DNA from: Antedon mediterranea
Lineage: Eukaryota > Animalia > Echinodermata
Assembly (NCBI RefSeq): GCF_964355755.1
Contig: NC_092678.1
Span: forward strand, 2,310,422-2,374,421
Direction of reading: 5' to 3'
Length of the DNA: 64,000 bases
Under the pieces are notes generated by a model. The model was not told where the DNA came from. It did no database searches and saw only the letters and a program-made list of their open reading frames with translations. Both the position numbers and the translations under genes were made by a program. This document shows, in pieces, positions 25,186-37,740 of this stretch (position 1 is its first letter; each line of letters begins with the position of its first letter).

Positions 25186-26212
25186 ATGCTAAGCTATGTA
25201 TAGGCCTACGGTAGAATGTTGATACATTGTTTATAGGTAATGTTCGTATTCATTTATTTACCGATGATTTATACTGTTTTTATTAAATTTAATGATGTCA
25301 CGATAAAGAAAATTGTTAGTTAGCAACTTTTAACTCTGAATGGACCACAAGTAGGAACCATTTCAATGGTACCGCAGATAATGCGACATTATTATGTGTA
25401 TAAAACGGACGTAAAAATATGGCCTACAGATAATATGGATGGATACGTTGGCAATGAAATATAATAGGCTAGTCATCCATATTATCATATATATCTATAA
25501 TCAACAGGCAGCCCACAGGCCTGTTATTCAGACGACTAACATTGCATAGGCATATGTCCCGTGTAGAGCTGTTCGTAAAGAATATTCAAAATAGGCCTAA
25601 ATATCTAAAATGAATATTAAAAATGCTAGTTGTAACCATCATAATTACTATATAATAGACAAGCCCTGGGAATGTAACAGTGAGATTTGATAATTCACCT
25701 TTTCCGGGTATCGTTTCCGATAACCGTGACAGGATGCGCACTACATACTCAGGATAAACAAACCATGGCAATAATTTAATATTGTCGTATTTCAATAAAA
25801 GGCCATATTTAATAAGAGACTGGGCATTATGACTGCTGTTAAAGTAAAATAGGAACCCTAAATTACTTTCCGTAAAGGATAAAATGAAACTTTAAATTAA
25901 GAGTAAAAGGTCGTAAAATATATTTAACTAATGTTAAACTGGGGAGGTCAGCCTTAGAAATATTAGTATAGTTCTGCCATTTAGGAAAATGATAGACCTA
26001 AAATGTATGATTTTTGCGGCCAGTAGATTAGAATGTCAAGACGCCATTGTTAATTTGAGCATACCCAAATTGACATGCAAAGTCATACATACTGCTTTTA
26101 CCTAATGCATTTCTTCTGAACAGAGCCAGGCTAAAGTGTCGAGTAATCAGTGCAGACATTTTCAGTGAATGATTTTCCTGTTAGATCGTACGGTGTAGAA
26201 ACCACAACTACT

Positions 26213-26504
26213 ATGACGGATCTTAATAAACTAAAGAGAGAACAGCGAAAATTGAAGGGCCGTTTGAACCTACGGATAAAGGGACTGAACCGAGCACTAA
26301 ACAATTCAGCAGTGAACATCAGCACTGTCAATGAGTTGTTCGCCGATGTAAAAGACAGCTTATGAAAACGTCAAAGCAGACCATGAAGAAATATGTGATA
26401 CTGTAGAGGGGAAGGAAGAGTTTGATGAACAACTACAGTGGATGGAAGGTTTTCAAAAGGATTTTATCGACATACGATTGAAAAAAGAAACTCTCGAAAA
26501 GCAG
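26213..26504 (+). CDS. Helical, BEL/Pao Gag-N-terminus-like exon (one extra base at 26350-26353), candidate upstream coding exon of the Rab7 paralog
   Basis: ATG 26213 opens MTDLNKLKREQRKLKGRL...ELFADV. Removing one A continues the frame as KTAYENVKADHEEICDTVEGKEEFDEQLQWMEGFQKDFIDIRLKKETLEKQ to a phase-0 donor CAG/gtgata. Upstream acceptors are at 26123 and 26184. The Gag resemblance is from pattern recognition only. Confidence 0.5.
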
Positions 26505-27900
26505 GTGATAAGTGTAAAAACTGATATAATAATAATCTATTATAATAATATATCTGACACAAAATTACCAAATCACAATCATGCACACATGGGAATGCTT
26601 TTTGCCTTTCTCCAAGTCTTACCGTGACTATGAAGGTATATTATTATATATATAATATAACTTAGTTTATCAGAGTTAACTCTGAGTGTAACACCATAAT
26701 GGAAGGTTTCTTCAATTTTTTTTTAGATATCAAATAAACTACGCCCTCATTTGAAATGGTTTTATGTAATGCTGGCTGGCAAGTGGAGAATGACTTATTT
26801 TATTATGATTCATTTCTTTTCTCGACAACAAATTCTGTAGATCTTTTTAACAAAGACGTAATGTAATGTAATTACTAATTTTAAAGTTGTCTTGTTGATG
26901 CTATTCTAAATGTTACACCTGTCGACCTACGTATCTTTATAAATCGAAATTTCTGTTAACTAAAATATCTTTGTATTTTCACGAAGACGAATCTTTTTTT
27001 TTCAACTTGGGTTTTGTTTTATTTATTATATTATATTTGTAATAAGTTATATCGGCTTCAGCTTTTGAAAAACTTACAAAGAAATTCGCCTAAGCCGATA
27101 TAATAAAGTATTTAACACATTGTAAAACGTTTGCTGTTTTCAAAATGTATACGGTATAGGATTACAGTTTTGGTTTTTATGTTGAATTTTGCAGGCTAAA
27201 AAGAACAGTAAATTTTAGTCAAAGTTTGCTTATTGGTTATTGCTTATTAATTATTGGTTTGTTGATTATTGGTTTATTGGTTATTGAGTATTGGTTTGTT
27301 GATTTTTGGTTTATTGATTTTTGATTATTGGTTTATTGATTATTGATTTTATGTTCAATTTTGCAGACTGATGAAAGAAATGTTAACAGGTTTTCATGGA
27401 TGACGAATATAGTAATAAGAGCAGTCATCCTTGGAAATAACGGGTAAGAAACTTTCATAAAACTGATGCTTCCATAAATTCTCAAAGTTGCCATATATAA
27501 AAGAAATAATTAAGAAAAATGTATTGGTTTAGGTAAAATAGTGTAAGCCCGGAACTCATCTTCTTCCAGTTTTGTAGTTTCTTTCTTTGTCTAGTTACTT
27601 TTAGATGATTCAGATTAATATACCGTCTGTACATTATACCTTAACCAAATTGGTGAATATTGTCACTGATGTTTGTAATTTAAACATTTTTTTTCTTAGT
27701 GTTGGCAAAACCGCATTGATGAATCAGTATGTGAACAAAAACTTCAGTAATCAATACAAGGCAAGCATTAACACAGACTGTCTTACAAAAGAGGTGATGG
27801 TGGGTAACAGGCTAGTTACCATACAGGTATATATTCAACATTTCTTCTGAGATGAATTTAATTGCGATTTCATTATGATTCTTTCATTTTTTCTACAATA

Positions 27901-28623
27901 TTTTTAGTCGCGTGGACGCGACTCTATAGTTCGGTCGGTCGGTCGGTCTGTCTGTCGGTCTGTCTGTCGGTCTGTCTGTCGGTCCGGTATCACTATGCGT
28001 TTTATCGCTTTCTGACCTTATCTTGATGATATCAGTTTAATCTAGGTAAGTCAATTTTTCACAGTATATTTCTTATGGCCAGGAATCGATGTGGTTATGT
28101 TTTCACGGTGCGCAATAAAAAATTACGCGGTCTACGCACGATTTAAAGAAATCACGTTTGTAATCATATCTTCACAACCATGAATCACAATTAAATAAAA
28201 TTTGGTAATCATAAATTTCAGGGCATAAATCATCATATTTCAATACAATTACGTGCGTAGCGCATGTAACGCATGCATACGCGCGCTTAAAATTTTCAAA
28301 ATTTATTTTCGATGAAATAAGAGTACGTTTCAGGCAATTTTAAGCGTTTACAAAATTGCCATGAGTGCGCAGATTTTTGCGCGCGCACTGCGCGTTAAAT
28401 GTTATTGCGCACTCTTTTTGCCCGATTTCTGTTTTCTTGACTTACTTTTCAACTCGAAATTACGTTATACGAGCACGTCAAAAGTGACAGGCTACGCACG
28501 TGTAAATTAAAAAAATATAAATGTTTTTAAACGTGTTCAGAAATTTCGGTCAGTTGGTAGGTTGGTCGGTCGGTCGGTAAACACTAATGAGCACGTGACT
28601 GCAGCCATCTATATGGCCTTGTT
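27901..28623 (+). mobile_element. Helentron-associated (DINE-1/HINE-like) non-autonomous element
   Basis: 5' T-run plus agtcgcgt-gg-acgcgact inverted repeat, (GGTC/TGTC)n microsatellite, 3' subterminal repeat gcacgtgact and a gcc...ggc hairpin followed by ttgttt. Inserted in a T-run without a TSD. Confidence 0.7.
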
Positions 28624-30630
28624 TGTATATAAATGATATCGACAGCCTCATAACAAAAGTGTCTAAGACATAATTTTTGTTTTTGTTTTTCTGCCTAACT
28701 CACTGCTTATATCAATGTACTATATTTGTGTTTCTGCCCAAGTCAGCTGTGTGACTTAGGCAATTAAGGAGAGCTGACTTATGATCTGCCTAACTCACTG
28801 CTTATCAATATACTATATTTTTTGTGTTTCTGCCTAAGTCAGCTGTCTGACTTAGGCAATTAAGGAGAGCTGACTTATGATCTGCCTAACTCACTGCTTA
28901 TATCATTATACTGCCCTCTGTACATTATCGGAGTGCTTTTATATACATTTGCACATGCTCAGATCGTTTTTTGTGTTTCTGCCTAAGTCAGCTGTGTGAC
29001 TTAGGCAAGACTCATGATTTTTTAAATAAAATAAGAAATACATTTTTATAGTATATTTTTTAACCCATTTGTTACAAATTCTTTCTCTTTTATTGCTACT
29101 TTCCTTTTCTAAATTCATCAGTGTTAATTTTAATCTGAAGAGCTGATGCTATTAAATTTTGTTACTTAAAGGTAGCATTTTTTGTATATAGATGATATCG
29201 ACAGCCTCATAACAAAAGTGTCTAAGACATAATTTTTGTTTTGTTTTTCTGCCTAACTCACTGCTTATATGAATATACTATATTTTTTGTGTTTCTGCCC
29301 AAGTCAGCTGTGTGACTTGGGCAATTAAGAAGAGCTGACTTATGATCTGCCTACTCACTGCTTATATCAATATACTATATTTTTTGTGTTTCTGCCTAAG
29401 TCAGCTGTGTGACTTAGGCAATTAAGGAGAGCTGACTTATGATCTGCCTAACTCACTGCTTATATCATTATACTGCCCTCTGTACATTATCTGAGTGCTT
29501 TTATATACATTTGCACATGCTCAGATCGTTTTTTGTGTTTCTGCCTAAGTCAGCTGTGTGACTTAGGCAAGACTCATGATTTTTTAAATAAAATAAGAAA
29601 TACATTTTTATAGTATATTTTTTAACCCATTTGTTACAAATTCTTTCTCTTTTATTGCTACTTTCCTTTTCTAAAATCATCAGTGTTAATTTTAATCTGA
29701 AGAGCTAATGCTATTAAATTTTGTTACTTAAAGGTAGCATTTTTTGTATATAGATGATATCGACAGCCTCATAACAAAAGTGTCTATAAGTCATAATTTT
29801 TTTTTTCTGCCTAACTCACTGCTTATATCAATATACTATATTTTTTGTGTTTCTGCCCAAGTCAGCTGTGTGACTTAGGCAATTAAGGAGAGCTGACTTT
29901 ATGATCTGCCTAACTCACTGCTTATATCAATATACTATATTTTTTGTGTTTCTGCCTAAGTCAGCTGTGTGACTTAGGCAATTAAGGATAGCTGACTTAT
30001 GATCTGCCTAACTCACTGCTTATATCATTATACTGCCCTCTGTACATTATCGGAGTGCTTTTATATACATTTGCACATGCTCAGATCGTTTTTTGTGTTT
30101 CTGCCTAAGTCAGCTGTGTGACTTTGGCAAGACTCATGATTTTTTAAATAAAATAAGAAATACATTTTTATAGTATATTTTTTAACCCATTTGTTGCAAA
30201 TTCTTTCTCTTTTATTGCTACTTTCCTTTTCTAAATTCATCAGTGTTAATTTTAATCTGAAGAGCTGATGCTATTAAATTTTGTTACTTAAAGCTAGCAT
30301 TTTTGTATATAAATGATATCGACAGCCTCATAACAAAAGTGTCTAAGTCATAATTTTTGTTTTGTTTTTCTGCCTAACTCACTGCTTATATCAATATACT
30401 ATATTTTTTGTGTTTCTGCCTTAGTCAGCTGTGTGACTTAGGCAATTAAGGAGAGCTGACTTATGATCTGCCTAACTCACTGCTTATATCATTATACTGC
30501 CCTCTGTACATTATCTGAGTGCTTTTATATACATTTGCACATGCTCAGATCGTTTTTTGTGTTTGCAATTAAGGAGAGGAGACTCATGATTTTTTTAATA
30601 AAATAAGAAATACATTTTTATAGTATATTT
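28624..30630. repeat. Complex tandem array, about 560-bp unit x about 3.5, each containing about 95-bp subunits with a hairpin (gcctaagtca-gctgtg-tgacttaggc)
   Basis: The marker gatatcgacagcc occurs at 28635, 29194, 29756 and 30315. Confidence 0.95.
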
Positions 30631-30834
30631 TTAGTCGCGTGGACCCGACTCTATAGTTCACTATGTCGGTCGGTCGGTCTGTCGGTCTGTCTGTCGGTCC
30701 GGTATCACTATGCGTTTTATCGCTTTTCTGTACTTTTTTAACTGTTTTGATGTACAGAAAAGTTTTAAAGTACATTACTTTTTGAAAGTTCATTTTTTTC
30801 TGAGAGCACGCGACTTATGGCTGTTGGCCTTGTT
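30628..30834 (+). mobile_element. Second, shorter HINE/DINE-like element
   Basis: Same 5' end (ttagtcgcgtggacccgactctatag), GGTC microsatellite and 3' end (gcacgcgact...ggccttgttt) as 27901-28623. Confidence 0.7.
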
Positions 30835-31805
30835 TTTCTGTACACTAGATATGGGACACAGCAGGTCAAGAAAGATTTCAGAGTCTAGGGTGAAATACTA
30901 CCGTGGCGCAGACTGTTGTATTTTAGTGTTTGATGTCAATTCTGAAGAGTCCTTTAAATCACTTCAAAGATGGCACGACCAGTTCCTCGTAAAAGCAAAC
31001 CCACACTATCCTGACAATTTTCCTTTTGTCGTGCTGGGAAACAAAACCGATTTGAGAAAGAGAATGGTATGTATTGACTATTGGAATTATTTAATTATTT
31101 TCCATTGGTCTTTATAGTATTCAATTATTGGTTGTGTAATTTTATTGATATTATGTGTTTTACAGGTATCTGAACAATTGGCAAAACAATGGTGTGACAG
31201 AAGCAACATTCCTTATTTTGAAACGAGCGCCAAAGATAACATTCATGTCGACAAAGCTTTCCAAACAATTACAAAGAATGCCTTCGAAAAACTACCTGAA
31301 CAAGACATGCCTAAAGATGTTTCCGATAAAATTAAGATAGAACCCATGATTCTTGTTCCAGACCGCCCTCCAAAAAAGAAACGATGTGGTTGTCAAGGAG
31401 GCCATAGAAACAACATGAAAGTGAATTAAACTAAAACCTTGCCATTAGTTGTAAAATGTAATCAAACAATTTAACATCCAATGAAAACAATATAATATTT
31501 ACAGTTATGATAATTGATACACTAGTTGCAATGTCTCAGTAGGCCTAGTTATAGTAGGCCTACTATAATAAACTGTACTATAGTATTGTTATAGTAGGCC
31601 TATACTTTTCCATTACTACTAATTTTTTTTCCTAATGGGTTTTTGTAATGTACGTTATTCATACTTTGTTTCGGTTATAATATCTTTCTTTTTTATATTG
31701 TAAATGTGTAACGAACATTTAAGAAAATGTTCCCCAGCGATATTTTAACGTCACAATTGTACTGAAACATATTAGACCAAATATTTCTTTCCAGGGTGTC
31801 AATTC

Positions 31806-32002
31806 TACGGTGGCTGATTTCCGCCAAAGAATTTTTTTTTTATAATAATACGGCGTTATAACGCCCTAATTAGGGCGTTATAACGCCGTATTAATACGGC
31901 GTTATAACGCCCAAATACGGCGTTATAACGCCCTAATTTAGGGCGTTATAACGCCGTATTATTATAAAAAAAAATTTTCTTTGGCGGAAATCAGCCACCG
32001 TA
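31806..32002. mobile_element. Palindromic MITE with TACGG...CCGTA termini and a 6-bp TSD (IS3EU-like)
   Basis: Perfect TIR tacggtggctgatttccgccaaaga / tctttggcggaaatcagccaccgta. TSD caattc at 31800-31805 and 32003-32008. The interior has five copies of the palindrome ggcgttataacgcc. Confidence 0.85.
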
Positions 32003-34659
32003 CAATTCTTTAAACTCTTTTAAAGATGATTTTTTGTTGTGAAATTCTGTATTACAGCTAATGTCACATGGTCATTGGACTCGGCCAGAGATCAAAATTT
32101 CGTAATTCAAGTGACTATAAATATCAATTACTAATAAAAAGATGATAACAGATGACTAATATAACATTATGATAGTATAAGCATAAGCATAGCTAATTAA
32201 ATTGATTAAATATCAACACCAAATTAAAACAATAAATGTATTTAAAATTGTTATAAATAGATTATGATCAATATCACTGATCTATGATATCAACTGTACT
32301 GATCTGCTGACGTATTGCATTATGGGGAAATTCTATGACGTTTCGAAACTCGTGACCTCCCTGCAAAAAACTGTACTGCTGCTCTCTGCGAGTATTTCTT
32401 GTTGTGTGAGTGAATGACGATTAATAATTATTGTATAAATTCTGGATAATTGGGGTTTTAATTGAGAATTTAGGTATTGTATACAATACTTTATATTTCA
32501 TGTTCTTTTTCACTTTTATAAGTAGATGAAAGCCTGTTTTTATTTAAAGAAATAAGTTTATTTGACAGAGAAAGCTAGGCCTACAACAAGCTGTATGAAT
32601 AGTGAAATCACACGGGAGTTGGCCGTTGTGCACGGGGCAATATTTTTACTAGGTTGGGAAGTGTTGGGAAATGCATAATGTCAGTGTGACTTTCCGATAT
32701 AGGCCTAGGCACAAAGTAATAAAGCTGAGCATAGTAGTATTTTAATTCAAATTGTTAGATTAATGTTCTGGTGTTCATTAATGTATTTATATAGACAGTT
32801 GATATGATGATTTAATGGATTCTTATTCTTAAAATTGTAAATGTAGCCTAATTTAGGCCTACTAACTGTAGGCTAATAAATAAAATAAAGCAATGACTGA
32901 CAAGTCAAGATATACTGTGTGTTTTAGCCGAGATGTACATACTAATAATTTGTATTCAGTATTGTTGGTGTGATGTGGAAAATATGTGCACTTATGTCAA
33001 CTTTCATCACACGCACTTCCTTAAATTTACTGACTTATATGATATGTAAATACCACCAGATTGGACTGTCAATATATTCGGTGATTCTTTGTATGGCCGG
33101 CTCCTAACTTGATGTCTGTATTATTAGTATCATATTTAACTATGTCTTGTCACCTTGATTTATCATGATGAGCGGACTTTATCGTAGTACCATGGGATAC
33201 AAAACTGCTGATATCCTCTCACAGAGTTTATAGAATTATTCTAAAGTCATCTGTTCAGTTAAAATTGACAGTCTCTGCAGCAGTCACCCTTCCACACTCT
33301 CTCACTCCTTCCATTATGACATGCTTTTAATTTTCTCGCCACCTATTGATGGAATAACCCTCCCTGACACAGCATTTTAGATGCATTCATGACATGCATC
33401 CGTGAACCGTGAAATTTCCTTCTCCTACTTAAACACTGAAAACAGCATTTTATGTGGAAAATAATCTACTATACAAGTATTATATGGCAGTGTAAATTGG
33501 TAAGGATTGAATTTTAAAAGTCACATGGCTAATACATAGGATGAAATGAAAGAGGAACTATAGATGGTAATAGTGTTACAAAACAACTTGATGTTTAGCC
33601 AATACATTACACTATTTAATTAATCCAGTTAAACACCTTATTTAGTCTGCTTTCATTTTCTAGAAAGGCAAGGGATTTGGACTATGCAGTATGCCATAAA
33701 TTTTATTTCACAAACCACCAATTAGGCGTGGTCACCTATCTTCATGCCACCAATTTAGGCGTGGTCACTGCCAATATTTTGGGCCTTCAAAAAATTATCT
33801 TTTGAAGCGTTTACTCAACTGCATTTTAATTAATTATCATTGAGTTTTTGTTTTTCTAAAAAAAATAAGGTCCAAGTTATATGTAATTGAAAGGATGCAT
33901 TTATATATTGCATGAACTAGAGCGCCATTGAGACTTCTACTTCTATTGTATATTATTATCTGTGAACAAAGATGTTTTTTAAACAGTCGTTTTTGCTTCA
34001 CTGATTTTATTGTATTGTTGCATGCAGTGAATATAAAATGGAATCAAGCCACAGGTTACCTTTTATAATTCATTTATCATAACAAACATAGATGTGGCAT
34101 GTTCAGCTAGTCCCATTATCAGCTCAAACTTCTCACAAAAGATATATTTGCACCTGTTAATATACTGTAGAAAGAGCAAGGAGCTACATAGTTAAGTGAT
34201 TGTACCATATTTACTCCCCCTGTATATAGCCCACCCCATAGTACAGTATATAAATTGCCCATCCCATGATATATATCCCACGTGACCTTGATAAATAAGA
34301 AAGATCAGAAATGTTCAGTTGTTCCTACTTATACTGTTCTGTACAATGGTGATATCACATTGATTAAATGTTCCATTCTGACTGGAACATACCATTCTAA
34401 TTATAGCCACTTTAAAATGTAATAAGACCAAGCTTGTTCAAATATTTACAGTATGTAAATACACTTGTAATCTTAAGTTTATAAAGTAAGCTGTCAAAGT
34501 AAACACTATGAAATCAAGGTATATACTTATTAGTACTAATATTAAATACATAAAAAAATATATTGAATAAATTACTGTTTTATTGTAGAAAAATATGAAT
34601 TGATAGTTTTATTGACTGTTGGTTTTATGTTGAATTTTGCAGGCTGAAAGAAAATTAAA

Positions 34660-36331
<1,672 letters not shown>

Positions 36332-36639
36332 GACATGTTTGTTGTATCTCGTTTGATCTACTGAAATTGTAATCAAAATCACGTACTCCCCGATATCACA
36401 CGGACATGACACAATTAAATTGTTTGTATAAATTGTATTATTTGTATTCCTTGAATTCAAGAGGGCTTTTTTAAAACAGAGAAATTGAGTATTTTTAATT
36501 TCTATTTCTCTGTCCATGCATGATAAAGCTCATTTTATTTAAAGCCTATGACTTGATATAGGTCCTAGCATTTGTTGTCTTTTAGGCCCTACCATGCCTT
36601 ACCGTAGGCCTAACCTGCCTTGTCAGGTGGCTCTACTAT

Positions 36640-37740
36640 GGCTTAGCCTAGGCCTAACCTCTCCTGTCAGAGGCCCTACCATACACCCTATCATGGCAAG
36701 GATTAGGCCCTATGATAACCTGGCATTGGTTCTACTGTAGCATGCCTTGGCTTAGGCCTAACATGCCTTGTCAGATGCCTAGGCCTACAATACACCCTAT
36801 CATGGCAAGGAATAGGCCCTATAATAACCTGGCATTGGTTCTACTGTAGCATGCCTTGGCTTAGGCCTAACATGCCTTGTCAGATGCCTAGGCCTACCAT
36901 ACACCCTATCATGGCAAGGAATAGGCCCTATAATAACCTGGCATTGGTTCTACTGTAGCATGCCTTGGCTTAGGCCTAACATGCCTTGTCAGATGCCTAG
37001 GCCTACAATACACCCTATCATGGCAAGGAATAGGCCCTATAATAACCTGGCATTGGTTCTACTGTAGCATGCCTTGGCTTAGGCCTAACATGCCTTGTCA
37101 GATGCCTAGGCCTACAATACACCCTATCATGGCAAGGAATAGGCCCTATGATAACCTGGCATTGGTTCTACTGTAGCATGCCTTGGCTTAGGCCTAACAT
37201 GCCTTGTCAGATGCCTAGGCCTACAATACACCCTATCATGGCAAGGAATAGGCCCTATAATAACCTGGCATTGGTTCTACTGTAGCATGCCTTGGCTTAG
37301 GCCTAACATGCCTTGTCAGATGCCTAGGCCTACCATACACCCTATCATGGCAAGGAATAGGCCCTATAATAACCTGGCATTGGTTCTACTGTAGCATGCC
37401 TTGGCTTAGGCCTAACATGCCTTGTCAGATGCCTAGGCCTACAATACACCCTATCATGGCAAGGAATAGGCCCTATAATAACCTGGCATTGGTTCTACTG
37501 TAGCATGCCTTGGCTTAGGCCTAACATGCCTTGTCAGATGCCTAGGCCTACAATACACCCTATCATGGCAAGGAATAGGCCCTATGATAACCTGGCATTG
37601 GTTCTACTGTAGCATGCCTTGGCTTAGGCCTAACATGCCTTGTCAGATGCCTAGGCCTACAATACACCCTATCATGGCAAGGAATAGGCCCTATGATAAC
37701 CTGGCATTGGTTCTACTGAAGCATGCCTTGGCTTAGGCCC
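36640..37740. repeat. 109-bp tandem repeat, about 10 copies, downstream of the Rab7 stop codon
   Basis: The marker acaccctatc occurs at 36683, 36792, 36901, 37010 and onward. The unit is rich in aggcct and gcatgc palindromes. Confidence 0.95.

Larger units (their letters stand above)
27400..31429 (+). pseudogene. Divergent tandem Rab7 paralog with a 1-nt deletion in exon 3 (pseudogene, or intact gene with an assembly indel)
   Basis: Exons 27400(or 27367)-27443, 27700-27826, 30849-31066, 31166-31429 share all intron positions with the neighbouring Rab7. Exon 3 is 218 nt versus 219 nt, giving GGG TGA at 30888-30893. Motifs GNNGVGKT, WDTAGQE, GNKTD and ETSAK are retained. Confidence 0.8.

Noticed and set aside
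33160-33215. C/D-box-like ATGATGA...CTGA in Rab7 intron 1
   Set aside because: Only about 45 nt between the boxes and no recognisable guide, so it is too short to support.
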